Source of the DNA: Phormidesmis sp.
GTDB lineage: Bacteria; Cyanobacteriota; Cyanobacteriia; Leptolyngbyales; Leptolyngbyaceae
Length of the DNA stretch: 64,000 bases
Assembly (NCBI GenBank): GCA_965248535.1
Contig: CBDFJR010000005.1
Location: forward strand, 992,001 to 1,056,000
Direction: 5' to 3'
Positions 1 to 10,797 of the stretch are shown one piece after another. Below the pieces are notes generated by a model. The model did not search any database. It was not told the DNA's origin and worked only from the letters and a program-made list of their open reading frames with translations. A program made the translations under genes and the position numbers. The stretch's first letter is position 1; the number at the start of each line of letters is the position of its first letter.

Positions 1-212
1 AGAGTCGCTTTACGGTGAGTAAAAAATTCAGGCTGATCGACAAAGAATTGAGTTCTCTATTATCGCACTCAGTGAACGGTGTTTTGAGTGTGAAGTCTGA
101 TCAAGCCACGACCTACCGAGAAACCCGCTGTCTGACCAAGACCCATCCGTCTCCTAGCTGGGATTGCAGATTGAACAACCTAAGAACGTCTAAATCGCCG
201 AATTCTCACTCT

Positions 213-719
213 CTAATGACCGTTCATTGTCACCTTTTCTTTACTGACCTGATAAGTCTCAGCAATGCGTCTTTCGGGGTCAATGCCGCTAAAAGTGGGT
301 GGTAACCAAACCCGCACAACTAGCAGTAGCGCCATCACCATCAAAAACGCGCAGGTTGCTAAAACTTGAGTCCATTCAACTTCTAAGACTCCGCGCACGA
401 TCACTTCTCGCAGAACTGACACGATCGCCACTTCGACCGCCACCCCGATCGACACTCGTTGTTCTTGCAAATAAATAATCAGCAGTCGAAATAGCTCAAC
501 CAAAATCAGCGAAAACAAAATGTCTGCGGTGACATCTCGAAAATGCAGGGGAGGCAGCAGCGAAATAAACAGGTCTCTAAGCTGAACCACCATGACGCAG
601 AATAAACCAACGCACAAAGAAACAACAATGCCATCTTGAACGGTTTCTAAGGCGCGAATCAGGTGACTTCGGTTCAAGAATTTAATCGAGGAAGGTGAGG
701 AAGGGTTTGAGGTCTGCAT
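213..719 (-). CDS. Phosphate-starvation-inducible PsiE family membrane protein
   Basis: Four hydrophobic segments; motif LILVELFRLLIIYL...VEVAIVSVLREVI typical of PsiE. Confidence 0.8.
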   Translation of the reverse strand: MQTSNPSSPSSIKFLNRSHLIRALETVQDGIVVSLCVGLFCVMVVQLRDLFISLLPPLHFRDVTADILFSLILVELFRLLIIYLQEQRVSIGVAVEVAIVSVLREVIVRGVLEVEWTQVLATCAFLMVMALLLVVRVWLPPTFSGIDPERRIAETYQVSKEKVTMNGH

Positions 720-839
720 GAAAGTGTCTCGATCGCGGGACAGTTCTATTTAACGATGAGGTGAGCTTATTTCACAAGCCTTTAGCTATCAGTCTATTTA
801 ATGGTTTCCATTGGTAGATCGCTGAGGTGACTCGCGCCT

Positions 840-872
840 AAAAATGGGGTGAATAAGCTTATCCACCCCGCA
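840..872 (-). terminator. Intrinsic terminator after secA
   Basis: Minus strand GGGGTGGATAAGCTTATTCACCCC followed by a T run. Confidence 0.65.
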
Positions 873-892
873 AGCGATTCTATTAAAGACTC

Positions 893-3700
893 TTAAATCA
901 TCTCAGAGGTTGCCTCAACTGGGGCCTGCGCTTGGGGCTGGAACTGGAACAGCGAATACACCACATCTCGACGGATGTTGATCATCATCTCTAAAAACAG
1001 TTCGTAGCCTTCGCTCTTATACTCAATGAGCGGATCTTTTTGCCCATAGCCTCGCAAGCCGACCGATTCGCGTAGAGCATCCATCTGCTGAAGGTGTTCT
1101 CTCCACAAAGTGTCGATGCGGTTAAGAATAAAGAATCGTTCGGCTTGACGCATTAAGCCCGGCTGAAGCTGATCGACTTCGGCTTCCTTCAGGTCATAGG
1201 CAATGCGGGCCTGCTCGTGCAAGAAGGTTTTGATTTCGCCCAAGGTCATGTCTGCTAACTGATCTGGCTCTAGATCTTCTAGCAGATAGACAAATTCTTT
1301 GACTTTGCCGACGAGCTTATCGAGTTCCCACTCTTCGGGCGGTAGGTCAACGTTAATGTAAGCATTCACGATGTCATCCATCGTTTGCTCGGCATATTTA
1401 ACCACTTGCTCTTTGAGGTCTTGCCCCTCAAGCACTCGGCGACGCTCGGCGTAGATGGCACGACGCTGATTGTTCATCACTTCGTCATACTCAAACACCT
1501 GCTTACGAATGTCGTAGTAGTAGGTTTCGACTTTCTTTTGAGCGCCTTCCAGCGATCGGGTCAACATCCCCGACTCGATCGGCATATCTTCTTCGACCCG
1601 GAAGGCATTCATCAAGCCAGCAACGCGATCGCCGCCAAAAATTCGCAGCAGATTATCCTGCAAGCTGAGAAAGAACTTGGTCGAACCGGGATCACCCTGT
1701 CGCCCCGCCCGTCCGCGCAGTTGGTTGTCGATTCGCCGCGACTCGTGTCGCTCGGTGCCAATGACGTGTAGACCCCCAAAGCCAACGACTTCTTCGTGTT
1801 CGCTGTCGGTAAATGCGTCGTATTCTTGACGAATTAGCTTATAGACTTCTCGCAGTTGTTGAATCGCTGGGTCGCTGGTGGGCGCTTTTTCGGCCGCAGT
1901 TGCGATCTTATCTTCGGCTTCCAACTCAGGTAGGCTGCGTTCGCCATATTGTTTGACGGCGGTCGAAACGGCATCCTTCAGACGTTGCTCCGTTTCGCGC
2001 GAGAGATCGGTGGGATAGATATCAGATTTGACTTTCCAGGTCTTGACTTTTTGATTGACACCAAAGCCTTGAGCACTGCCGCGAAGATCGCCAAACCCTC
2101 GTGCCCCGCCAAATTGGTCTTCGTCCTCAGGCTGGACGATTTTGGGCATCAGATATTCACGAATCTTGAGACGCGCCATATAGTCTGAGTTGCCGCCCAG
2201 AATAATGTCGGTGCCGCGCCCCGCCATATTGGTGGCGATCGTCACTTTGCCTTTGCGTCCGGCTTGAGCAATAATCTCAGATTCTCGCTCGACGTTTTCT
2301 GGTTTGGCGTTGAGCAAGTTGTGCGGCACGCCCTGATCGGCCAGCAAACCTGAAAGCAATTCTGACTTCTCAACGCTGGTGGTACCCACCAAAACGGGAC
2401 GGCCGTCGCGGTGCATCTCGGCGCATTCTTCGGCGATCGCGTTCCATTTAGCGTCTTCAGTCTTGTAGACCACATCGGATTGATCGCCCCGCTTGGTGGT
2501 GCGGTTGGTCGGAATGATCGTGACTTCTAGCTTGTAGATTTTCTCAAATTCGGCTTCTTCGGTCTTGGCGGTGCCCGTCATGCCCGCAAGTTTGGGGTAG
2601 AGCAAGAAAAAGTTTTGGTAAGTAATCGTTGCCAGAGTTTGAGTCTCGTTTTGAATCTCGACGTGCTCTTTGGCCTCGATCGCTTGGTGCAGCCCATCGC
2701 TCCAGCGCCGACCCGGCATGACTCGCCCAGTGAACTCATCGACAATCACCACTTCGTCATTGCGAACGATGTAGTTGACATCTTTGATAAACAGTTCTTT
2801 GCCTTTGATGGCGTTAAAAACATAGTGCGCCCAAGGGTCTTGGGGGTCAAACAGATCGGTGACCTCCAGCAAATTCTCGGCTTCGATAAACCCTTCGTCG
2901 GTCAGCAGAATGTTGCGCTGCTTTTCATCGACTTCATAGTGCTCATCGGGGCGAAGGGCACTGGCGATCGTCGAAGCTTGCAAATATTTCTCAGTCGGCC
3001 GCTCGACCTGACCTGAAATAATCAGGGGAGTTCGGGCTTCGTCAATCAGCACCGAGTCTACTTCGTCAATCACGCAATAGTTAAACGGACGCTGCACGAC
3101 TTCTTCCATTGAGGTCGCCATGTTGTCGCGCAGGTAGTCAAAGCCCAATTCACTATTGGTAGCGTAGGTGATGTCACAGGCGTAGTTTTTTTGACGCTCG
3201 GCAGGACTCATATTCTGCTGAATCAGCCCCACACTCAAGCCCAAAAAGCGGTGCACTTGACCCATCCATTCCGCGTCGCGTCGGGCCAGATAATCGTTGA
3301 CCGTGACGACATGAACGCCTTTGCCTGAGAGCGCATTCAGATAAGCAGGCAGGGTTGAAACAAGGGTTTTGCCTTCTCCGGTTTTCATCTCGGCGATTTG
3401 CCCGTTGTGCAGCACCATGCCCCCCAAAAGCTGCACGTCAAAGTGTCGCATTCCTAAAACTCGTTTGCCCGCTTCTCGCACCACTGCAAACGCTTCGGGC
3501 AGCAGGTCATCTAGGATCTGTTTTTGCTCGTTGTCGTTTTTGGCCTTTTGCAGTCGTTGCCTAAATTCTGCGGTTTTCGCGGTCAACGCCTCGTCTGAGA
3601 GTGCCTGAATCTCATCTTCTAAGAGTTTGATCTCAGTGATGTAGGGTTGATATTTTTTGAGCTTACGTGCGTTGGGGTCGCCCAGCAGAGTTTTCAGCAT
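893..3700 (-). CDS. secA: Preprotein translocase ATPase SecA
   Basis: MKTGEGKT Walker [38 protein letters not shown]. Confidence 0.99.
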   Translation of the reverse strand: MLKTLLGDPNARKLKKYQPYITEIKLLEDEIQALSDEALTAKTAEFRQRLQKAKNDNEQKQILDDLLPEAFAVVREAGKRVLGMRHFDVQLLGGMVLHNGQIAEMKTGEGKTLVSTLPAYLNALSGKGVHVVTVNDYLARRDAEWMGQVHRFLGLSVGLIQQNMSPAERQKNYACDITYATNSELGFDYLRDNMATSMEEVVQRPFNYCVIDEVDSVLIDEARTPLIISGQVERPTEKYLQASTIASALRPDEHYEVDEKQRNILLTDEGFIEAENLLEVTDLFDPQDPWAHYVFNAIKGKELFIKDVNYIVRNDEVVIVDEFTGRVMPGRRWSDGLHQAIEAKEHVEIQNETQTLATITYQNFFLLYPKLAGMTGTAKTEEAEFEKIYKLEVTIIPTNRTTKRGDQSDVVYKTEDAKWNAIAEECAEMHRDGRPVLVGTTSVEKSELLSGLLADQGVPHNLLNAKPENVERESEIIAQAGRKGKVTIATNMAGRGTDIILGGNSDYMARLKIREYLMPKIVQPEDEDQFGGARGFGDLRGSAQGFGVNQKVKTWKVKSDIYPTDLSRETEQRLKDAVSTAVKQYGERSLPELEAEDKIATAAEKAPTSDPAIQQLREVYKLIRQEYDAFTDSEHEEVVGFGGLHVIGTERHESRRIDNQLRGRAGRQGDPGSTKFFLSLQDNLLRIFGGDRVAGLMNAFRVEEDMPIESGMLTRSLEGAQKKVETYYYDIRKQVFEYDEVMNNQRRAIYAERRRVLEGQDLKEQVVKYAEQTMDDIVNAYINVDLPPEEWELDKLVGKVKEFVYLLEDLEPDQLADMTLGEIKTFLHEQARIAYDLKEAEVDQLQPGLMRQAERFFILNRIDTLWREHLQQMDALRESVGLRGYGQKDPLIEYKSEGYELFLEMMINIRRDVVYSLFQFQPQAQAPVEATSEMI

Positions 3701-3961
3701 ATCGGGAGGGATAAGACGTTTTTGAATCTTTAGGAGAGTTTTAAGCTAGCTGAGGGAGCGATCGGGCCACTGCAAAACCAGCCAAACTAAGGACTGAACT
3801 ACTCATTCAGAGTATCCCAATCTTATCACTCTGGGAGAGTGGGTGACGGGAGACGGCGATCGGGTGAAATCCGTACTTTTGATTTCTTGAGACGATGAGA
3901 CTAATTTACAGCGTCTATCTAAATCTGGAACGTTTTTGCGATCGCCCGTTTTCTCCAACTG

Positions 3962-4921
3962 CTACCTGCGTCGCCGCGGAATGCCGCTGATCTTAAGCAC
4001 GTCATAGAGCGTGGCACAATAGGTTGGCAGCCCAAAGGTCGCCGGGTTGACCGCATTCTGGTAAGTAAAGTGCAGATAGTGGAGTGAAAACCGCTCCCAG
4101 TCGCCCATTTGGATGCGAAATAGAAAAATAAACAGATCCGCCAGCCACAGCGAGAGCGGAATCCGAAAATAAACTTTTTGATTGAGATAGTCACAGGTTT
4201 CGGCGATCGCCTGATTGACCGTGATTTTTTCGTTGCCTAAAACCATCGCCCGCGGCTCGGTTTCGGTGGCAGGGTGCTCGACCAGGTGCCGCACCACTTG
4301 GGCAATATCGCGACCGTGCACAAAGTGAAAACTGCCCTCAGCGTCTAAAAACCGGATCAGCTTAATCCACTTCACAACATCGGCAATGCCCGACGAGATG
4401 TGGGAATAGGGATAACCATCGCCCCCACCCAACACCAGCGTCGGAAAAACCGTCGTGATTTTGGGCGCGATCGCCAACTCTCCTAGGCGTGAATAGCAAA
4501 TATATTTAGAGCGAATATAATCACTGCCGATCTCTCCGGCTTCTTTGAGGGGCTGATTATCGCGGCCCAACACACTCGCCGTACAAAAATAAATCACCCG
4601 TTCGCAGATCTCTGGGTCAAGCAGATTCATCAACGCCAACGTTTTGACCACATTGATGTCATGAATCTCGTCACCGCCCCAAGCCGTTGCCGTTAGCACT
4701 GCACAGTGAATCGTTTTGAGCAGACTGCCGTGTTGCTCAATGTCTCGCATATCAGAGCAAATCACCGTGACACCGGGGCGGGCATGAACGTTTAGCTTCA
4801 GTTTGTCAGGGTCTCTGACCAGCAAAAACAGTTCATGTCCGGTTTCTTGAATTAAGGCTTCAGCAATGTAGTGACCGATGCAGCCACTCGCACCAGTCAC
4901 CAAGATTCGCTTTAAGGTCAT
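3962..4921 (-). CDS. NAD-dependent epimerase/dehydratase
   Basis: N-terminal TGASGCIG Rossmann motif, YxxxK (YIRSK); directly downstream of hemE. Confidence 0.85.
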   Translation of the reverse strand: MTLKRILVTGASGCIGHYIAEALIQETGHELFLLVRDPDKLKLNVHARPGVTVICSDMRDIEQHGSLLKTIHCAVLTATAWGGDEIHDINVVKTLALMNLLDPEICERVIYFCTASVLGRDNQPLKEAGEIGSDYIRSKYICYSRLGELAIAPKITTVFPTLVLGGGDGYPYSHISSGIADVVKWIKLIRFLDAEGSFHFVHGRDIAQVVRHLVEHPATETEPRAMVLGNEKITVNQAIAETCDYLNQKVYFRIPLSLWLADLFIFLFRIQMGDWERFSLHYLHFTYQNAVNPATFGLPTYCATLYDVLKISGIPRRRR

Positions 4922-4954
4922 TTGGGCGCGGGTAGGGTGTGGGGTGTCTCACCC

Positions 4955-6019
4955 TTAATAAGTTGATGTAGCTAGTAGCTTATCAACCTGTTTGGCAGTT
5001 TCAAAGAAGAAAGCCGCATTTTCTTCAGGTGTATGGGGAAGAATACCATGTCCGAGGTTGAGAATGTGTCCTCGATTACCTGCTTTGCGGATGGTGTCGA
5101 GAATGCGATCGCGAATAAACTCTCTAGACCCAAACAAAACGCCAGGGTCAAGATTTCCCTGCACTTTGACATCTTTGCCTAATCGAGCACGAGCGTCTGC
5201 CATGTCAACTGACCAATCAACGGTGATGATATCAGCCCCTGACTGCCCCATTCTCTCTAAAACACCTGCGCTGCCGCTCACCAGTAAGATTAGCGGAGTG
5301 TCGGGGTGAGTCGCTTTGACTTGCTTAAAGACGCGCTGCTGATAGGGCAAAGCAAAGGTGTCATAGTCTTGAGGGCTGAGTTGACCCGCCCACGAGTCAA
5401 ACATCTGCACCACTTGAGCGCCACAGTCGATCTGATAGCGCATATAGGTGGCGATCGAGTCTGCCAATTTGCCTAAAAGCTGGTGCAAGATGGTCGGGTC
5501 GGAGAACGCCATGTTCTTGATCACCGAGTAGGTTTTAGAGCCTTTGCCCTCCACCATATAAGCGGCCAGCGTCCAAGGCGCGCCGACAAAGCCCAGCACG
5601 GTTGACTGATTGCCGACTTCTTGACGCAGCGCCGTGAGAATCTGCTTAATAAAAGGCAGCGACTCTTCGGGTTCTAGGGGGCGCAGTTGATCAACTTGCG
5701 CTTGAGTGCGAATCGGCGACTCAATAATCGGGCCTTTGCCTTCGGCAATATCCATTTCAACGCCGATCCCTGGCAGAGGCGTGACGATATCTGAGAAGAG
5801 AATTACGCCGTCTGGCTGAAAGGCTTTCCAGGGTTGCAGCGAGATCTCGATCGCCACCTCTGGAATCTCGGAGCGCTCACGAAACGAGGGGTAGCGATCC
5901 CGCAGATCTCGATAGGCTTTCATATAGCGACCTGCTTGTCGCATCATCCATACGGGAGGACGATCGAGTGCTTCTCCTCGTGCCGCCCGCAATAAGTAAG
6001 GAACCTGCTGCCCCGTCAT
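4955..6019 (-). CDS. hemE: Uroporphyrinogen decarboxylase
   Basis: [22 protein letters not shown] motifs. Confidence 0.98.
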   Translation of the reverse strand: MTGQQVPYLLRAARGEALDRPPVWMMRQAGRYMKAYRDLRDRYPSFRERSEIPEVAIEISLQPWKAFQPDGVILFSDIVTPLPGIGVEMDIAEGKGPIIESPIRTQAQVDQLRPLEPEESLPFIKQILTALRQEVGNQSTVLGFVGAPWTLAAYMVEGKGSKTYSVIKNMAFSDPTILHQLLGKLADSIATYMRYQIDCGAQVVQMFDSWAGQLSPQDYDTFALPYQQRVFKQVKATHPDTPLILLVSGSAGVLERMGQSGADIITVDWSVDMADARARLGKDVKVQGNLDPGVLFGSREFIRDRILDTIRKAGNRGHILNLGHGILPHTPEENAAFFFETAKQVDKLLATSTY

Positions 6020-6288
6020 TTCAGCCTCGTTTGATAAGTGGTTTCAATTCATTTGTCAGCTTATCACTGTGGGTCTTCGCTTTCGCTGACAAGGCTTGTA
6101 ATGTAACGGTTTTGAAATGTTTGACAAGAGTGGAGGTCTTTCTTTAGGAGCACGATCCCATTCTGCAAGCCAATCAAACTGCGACTTAAAGTGGACAGCA
6201 ATCTCAAGCATAAGAAAGATTCTTAGCGGGGAGAGACTGCGTAGTCTTGAGTTGTTCAACCAAAGTTTTAGATCAAGGATTTCAAATC

Positions 6289-6573
6289 ATGAAAAATACA
6301 CTCACCAAGGTTTTAGCGGCAAGCGCAGTGGCAATGAGCCTAGCAGTCCTTCCGGCTTCTGCCCAGACTAGCGGCACGGGCACCACCACAGACGGCACGG
6401 GCACTACCGCAACCCGAACAGACTATGACCACGGCGATCGCAATGGTTATTGGGGCTTGATGGGCTTGTTGGGTTTGTTTGGGCTAATGGGCCGTCGCAG
6501 CAAACAAGATGACACCGCGACTGCATACCGTGACCCCAGCACGTCTGAAACGATAGGTTCACGCCGTCCTTAA
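6289..6573 (+). CDS. Secreted WGxxGxxG-motif (C-terminal sorting domain) protein
   Basis: Signal peptide, Thr/Gly-rich linker, WGLMGLLGLFGLMGRR; ATG at 6289 preferred. Confidence 0.8.
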   Translation: MKNTLTKVLAASAVAMSLAVLPASAQTSGTGTTTDGTGTTATRTDYDHGDRNGYWGLMGLLGLFGLMGRRSKQDDTATAYRDPSTSETIGSRRP

Positions 6574-6792
6574 TTGTTACGTTGAATATTCTGCTTATGA
6601 TTTGGGGCAATCGAAAGGTTTGCCCCATTCTTATTTGTAGAAGACTTTAGAGTGTAATTACGAAGTCTAAATGTGGTGTGAAGGGCCGTTTCAACCCCTT
6701 AGAAAGGCAGTAATAGTTAACATGGTACGATTCTGATTGCCTCTTTAAAGCTAGCAGCGTTTAGCCCTTACCTGCTCACATTAAATCTAGAG

Positions 6793-7806
6793 TTATTTCT
6801 GAGTTTGCAGGCACGCTCTAGGATACCTCAGTCGTAACTCCTTCAATCGCTTGACAACATATTGTTCAAACAAGGGATGCTGAGGAAAGCCTTCTAAGTC
6901 TCCTCTTGTAGAATATCTATGAATAATATAAGAAAAAATTTCAGAGTCAGATTTTTCTTTAACCGACTGAAAGAGCGAGGGCAAAATAGTATTAATACTT
7001 TGTCGTTTGCTTTGCAAACTTGTATCTTCAAGAATCGTGTTCAAAACTTCTCGCCATGAACTACTGTCGAAATCGTCAGGTGGTTGAATTGAGTTTTCAA
7101 AACTCCATAGGAAATAGTTTTTGCTGCCTAAGCTAAAAAACATCTTTGCCTTGTGTACTGAATAGGGTTCAGAAGTTAAATTGGTGTTTAAACCCAATTT
7201 ATATACTTGCGTATTTGGAGACATAAAGCTACTTACAACTGTTTTATTTTTGTCAACCTCTGCACATATATAGCCTGGAGGTAGAGCACTAAACACCTTT
7301 ATTAAAGCAGTGTCTCTTGATGTTCCGCTTCGTTGAATTACTTCTATCAATGTTTTCTCGAAGTTAGAAACATCTACTTCTGCAAGAATATCAACTAGCC
7401 ATGAAGTCGGCATTAGAAGCTCTGCGGCAAATCTATTAGCTTCGCCTTCAATCTGCCTATACTCATAATCTCCACCTCTATTAGGCTGGAAGTCAGAACC
7501 AGTCTCCTCCTCATCATTCTCTTTAAAATCTGTATGAGACACTACATTTCCAATGTGCCAGGGGATTATGACGTGACCTAACTCATGTGCTAGTGTAAAT
7601 CGCTGTCTAACTTCAGGGCGCAAAGAGTTAATATAAGTTTTGGGTTTATCAGATTGCTTCAATCCTAGGCTCATACCATCAGCTTCAACAGGAAAATCTA
7701 AAAAACTCACCTCTGCATATAGTGAGACTAACTCTTTCATATCGTAAGGAGGAATAAGATTATGTCTTTTCAAAAGTCTGTAAGCGAATTTCTCTTCAGG
7801 CCTCAT
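6793..7806 (-). CDS. ImmA/IrrE family metallo-endopeptidase with C-terminal extension
   Basis: RQRFTLAHELGH (HExxH) and EGEANRFAAELLMP motifs; no N-terminal HTH. Confidence 0.9.
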   Translation of the reverse strand: MRPEEKFAYRLLKRHNLIPPYDMKELVSLYAEVSFLDFPVEADGMSLGLKQSDKPKTYINSLRPEVRQRFTLAHELGHVIIPWHIGNVVSHTDFKENDEEETGSDFQPNRGGDYEYRQIEGEANRFAAELLMPTSWLVDILAEVDVSNFEKTLIEVIQRSGTSRDTALIKVFSALPPGYICAEVDKNKTVVSSFMSPNTQVYKLGLNTNLTSEPYSVHKAKMFFSLGSKNYFLWSFENSIQPPDDFDSSSWREVLNTILEDTSLQSKRQSINTILPSLFQSVKEKSDSEIFSYIIHRYSTRGDLEGFPQHPLFEQYVVKRLKELRLRYPRACLQTQK

Positions 7807-8122
7807 CTAGCTTTCCAATTTTCTTCAACCAACTCATGACACGTTGAGCTTCCTCTTTGCTGGAGGCTCTTGCAGCTAATGCTTGAATCTCTTTAGGTGG
7901 TGCATTCTCTAGACTTAGACCTTTTCTTCTTGCAGCAACTATCTCCCCAAGGATGCTAGGATTAGTGACCCAAAGAGAGTATTCCTGCCAAGTCATCCCT
8001 AAATACTGATATAACTCAGTATCTTCTGAAGCATTATCATCATGCCAAGCATCAACATAGTCGTCTACTTCGTCTAGAAATGAATCGCCATTAATACATT
8101 TGTCAATAAATGATGTGTCCAT
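7796..8122 (-). CDS. Small protein with acidic N-terminus; candidate immunity protein/protease substrate
   Basis: 108 aa ORF coupled to both neighbours (5 bp gap upstream, 11 bp overlap downstream); function inferred from context. Confidence 0.7.
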   Translation of the reverse strand: MDTSFIDKCINGDSFLDEVDDYVDAWHDDNASEDTELYQYLGMTWQEYSLWVTNPSILGEIVAARRKGLSLENAPPKEIQALAARASSKEEAQRVMSWLKKIGKLDEA

Positions 8123-8127
8123 AAAAC

Positions 8128-8367
8128 CTAGTTCTGCTTGCTGATTTTACGTCCTCTGACAGCGGGCTTTATAACTTCGCCTGTGATTGGGGAGATAACG
8201 CCAAGATGTTTGCCTCTCTTATTGAAAACTTCTACCTCTCCATGAAGTGAGTCCCAGGTATAGTATATCTCTGTCTGCGGGTCTTTGAAGACTTTTCGCC
8301 CTCCTTCTATTCCAACAACCTGACATCCGTCAAGGATGGAAGGCTTGGGTATTGGTTTACCGCCCAT
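8128..8367 (-). CDS. Stand-alone colicin E3-like cytotoxic ribonuclease domain
   Basis: YTWDSLHGEVEVFNKRGKHLG matches the colicin E3 RNase motif WDxxHGExE...GxHLG. Confidence 0.85.
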   Translation of the reverse strand: MGGKPIPKPSILDGCQVVGIEGGRKVFKDPQTEIYYTWDSLHGEVEVFNKRGKHLGVISPITGEVIKPAVRGRKISKQN

Positions 8368-8519
8368 TCCAAGTATTCTACTGATTTAACATAAGTTGAG
8401 TCATTGTAGCCTTGATACCACGGATTCTAAAGTGTGTCCGTAAAATCTAGATCTGAGCTAAGGATTACTGCTCCAAATTGTAATCCATATAGCGTTCATT
8501 CCGAGTTTGTAGATAGCTC

Positions 8520-8768
8520 CTAGTGTAAATCTGCATCCCAGACAGCAACGTAGATGCGATCGCGGCTATGTCGCTCGATCACGCCCTTTAAGTTGCCTTG
8601 CTGAAAGCGATATCGAGCAGATTGTCGTTGATAGACTTGCTGAAGTCTGGCCATCAAGCCAGAGGGAGCTTGACTGCACAACGTTCTATTAACGGTGACT
8701 TGCAGAAGCAACGGATCGATCGTGGGGGCAAACGACGTTGGGCTAAAATCCAGCGTCAAGTACCCCAA
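8520..8768 (-). CDS. Hypothetical protein
   Basis: 82 aa ORF overlapping the guaD stop; ends RDRIYVAVWDADLH; start uncertain. Confidence 0.5.
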   Translation of the reverse strand: MGYLTLDFSPTSFAPTIDPLLLQVTVNRTLCSQAPSGLMARLQQVYQRQSARYRFQQGNLKGVIERHSRDRIYVAVWDADLH

Positions 8769-10126
8769 CGTTCTCCCATGATGTAGGTGGCATCAATGGC
8801 TCGATCGTCGCCCATCATGATCAACGTAAAGACTCGCTCTGCCAGTTCACCAAGAGAGACGGCTGGGGTGTCTGAGTTGCGAAACGCCATCAGCGGCGTA
8901 GATCGCAGATTGAGCACAATAAAGTCAGCTTCTTTGCCCTGATCGAAATTGCCGATCGTGTCATCCAGCGACAGCGCCCTTGCGCCGCCTAGTGTGGCCA
9001 AAAACAGCGCTTGGAAAGGGGAGAGCGTTTGCTGTCGCAATTGTGCCACTTTATAGGCTTCGTTGGCTGTTTGCAGGAGCGAAAAGCTGGTTCCTGCTCC
9101 CACATCGGTGCCTAAGCCGACTTTAACCGGATGTTCTGCTGACTTGGCTTGCTCAAGTCTAAATAAGCCACTGCCCAAAAATAGATTGGAGGTGGGGCAA
9201 AACGCGATCGCTGCTTTTGCGGCTGATAGTCGTTTCAGTTCTTCATCGGTAAGATGCACTCCGTGGGCAAAGACCGCCCGATCGCGCACTAATCCCGCTT
9301 GATCATAGACATCTAAATAGCCGCTAGAGTCTGGAAATAGCTCCTTCACCCACGCTACTTCGTTCACATTTTCAGAGAGATGGGTGTGCAGATAGAGATC
9401 TGGAAACTCGTCCAACAGTTTTCTGGCCAGACCTAGCTGCTCGTTGGTAGAGGTGATCGCAAATCGAGGTGTAACGGCATAGAGCGATCGCCCGTTTTTG
9501 TGCCATTTTTGAATCAGCGCTTTGCTGTCTTGATACGACGTTTCTGCCGTATCTGTCAAATAGTCTGGGGCGTTGCGATCCATCATCACTTTGCCTGCAA
9601 TCATCCTCAGATTGCGGCGGCTGGACTCTTCAAAAAACGCCTCTGTGCAGACTGGAAAGACCGCCGTAAACACCAGTGCCGTCGTGGTGCCATTTTTTAG
9701 GAGTTCGTCTAAAAAAATAGCCGCCACTTTTTGAGCATAGGCCCGATCGCTAAACTTACGCTCGGTCGGAAAAATATACTGATTCAGCCATTCCAAAAGC
9801 TGTTCGCCATAGGCGGCAATCATTTCGGTTTGAGGAAAATGAATGTGAGTATCAATAAATCCCGGCATGATCAGCCGCCCGACATAAGAGGTGATCGGCA
9901 GCGCCGCATACTGATCCTTCAGAAGGTCGTAGGCTCCTAGTTCTTTGATCTTTCCGTCTTCTAAAATCAGCAGCCCATCAGGAATGTAGCGAACGCTTTC
10001 TGACTCAACCTGATAAAAGGGGTCGTCAACAAAATCCAAGAAGGAGCCGCGAAACGCCTTGAGAGAGGGTGTTGGAGACTGAGCGAGGCTTGCCATATCG
10101 GGACTAACAACGTTGGATGTATTCAT
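8756..10126 (-). CDS. guaD: Guanine deaminase
   Basis: PGFIDTHIHFPQ, VTPRFA, HTHLSEN, CPTSNLFLGSG, GTDVGAG. Confidence 0.95.
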   Translation of the reverse strand: MNTSNVVSPDMASLAQSPTPSLKAFRGSFLDFVDDPFYQVESESVRYIPDGLLILEDGKIKELGAYDLLKDQYAALPITSYVGRLIMPGFIDTHIHFPQTEMIAAYGEQLLEWLNQYIFPTERKFSDRAYAQKVAAIFLDELLKNGTTTALVFTAVFPVCTEAFFEESSRRNLRMIAGKVMMDRNAPDYLTDTAETSYQDSKALIQKWHKNGRSLYAVTPRFAITSTNEQLGLARKLLDEFPDLYLHTHLSENVNEVAWVKELFPDSSGYLDVYDQAGLVRDRAVFAHGVHLTDEELKRLSAAKAAIAFCPTSNLFLGSGLFRLEQAKSAEHPVKVGLGTDVGAGTSFSLLQTANEAYKVAQLRQQTLSPFQALFLATLGGARALSLDDTIGNFDQGKEADFIVLNLRSTPLMAFRNSDTPAVSLGELAERVFTLIMMGDDRAIDATYIMGERWGT

Positions 10127-10217
10127 CGTATCCCCCCATAGGCAACCACCTTGCCCTCTAACTGGGCGTGACTTTGAGGCACCGCTTTGATCGGGTGTGG
10201 CGCGGTCAGCAAGCGGA

Positions 10218-10658
10218 CTACCACTTTTTATAGGCTAAGAATTTTCCATTCATCGTCACCTTGACCCGATCGCCCTTGGGGTCTTCAATTTTGTCAATAT
10301 CTAAGGTGAAGTCGATCGCGCTCATGATGCCATCGCCAAACTTTTCGTGAATGATCGCTTTCATCGGCATTCCATAAACCTGCATGATTTCATAAAAGCG
10401 ATAAATCAAGGGATCAGTCGGCACGATCGGGCCCAGTCCTTTAACAGGAGAGGCAGTCAACTCTGGGGCGAGATCAAGGCTGAGTCCCAATATCGTCAAC
10501 AGTTTGGTGGCTTCGTCTTCAGACGCGCTGGCCTGTTGATAAAACAAGGCGGCGATCCACACTTCGTCGCGCCCGATCGCAGCTTCTAAGTCTGCAAAAC
10601 TCAATCCTTTGGCTTTTTTAGCGGCTAAAAGCTGCTCAGTGATGGCTAAAACAGTCAT
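10218..10658 (-). CDS. cynS: Cyanate hydratase (cyanase)
   Basis: [28 protein letters not shown]. Confidence 0.97.
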   Translation of the reverse strand: MTVLAITEQLLAAKKAKGLSFADLEAAIGRDEVWIAALFYQQASASEDEATKLLTILGLSLDLAPELTASPVKGLGPIVPTDPLIYRFYEIMQVYGMPMKAIIHEKFGDGIMSAIDFTLDIDKIEDPKGDRVKVTMNGKFLAYKKW

Positions 10659-10712
10659 GCAAGAGATTTGATACAGTCCGCTCTAAGTCCTAACAAGACG
10701 GCTGTCCAGGTG

Positions 10713-10730
10713 TTGTAGTCAACGCTACAA
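10713..10730. promoter_or_regulatory. NtcA binding site upstream of cynS
   Basis: ttGTAgtcaacgcTACaa = GTA-N8-TAC with extended palindrome, ~57 bp upstream of the cynS ATG. Confidence 0.75.
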
Positions 10731-10797
10731 AATTTTGGGCAACCCTGTTGGCGTTTGGCGGGCAGTCTTCTAAGATTAAACCTGCCAACTCATCTCT

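Noticed and set aside
15..305. 96 aa ORF at the window start
   Set aside because: Overlaps the PsiE gene antisense and has no recognisable features.
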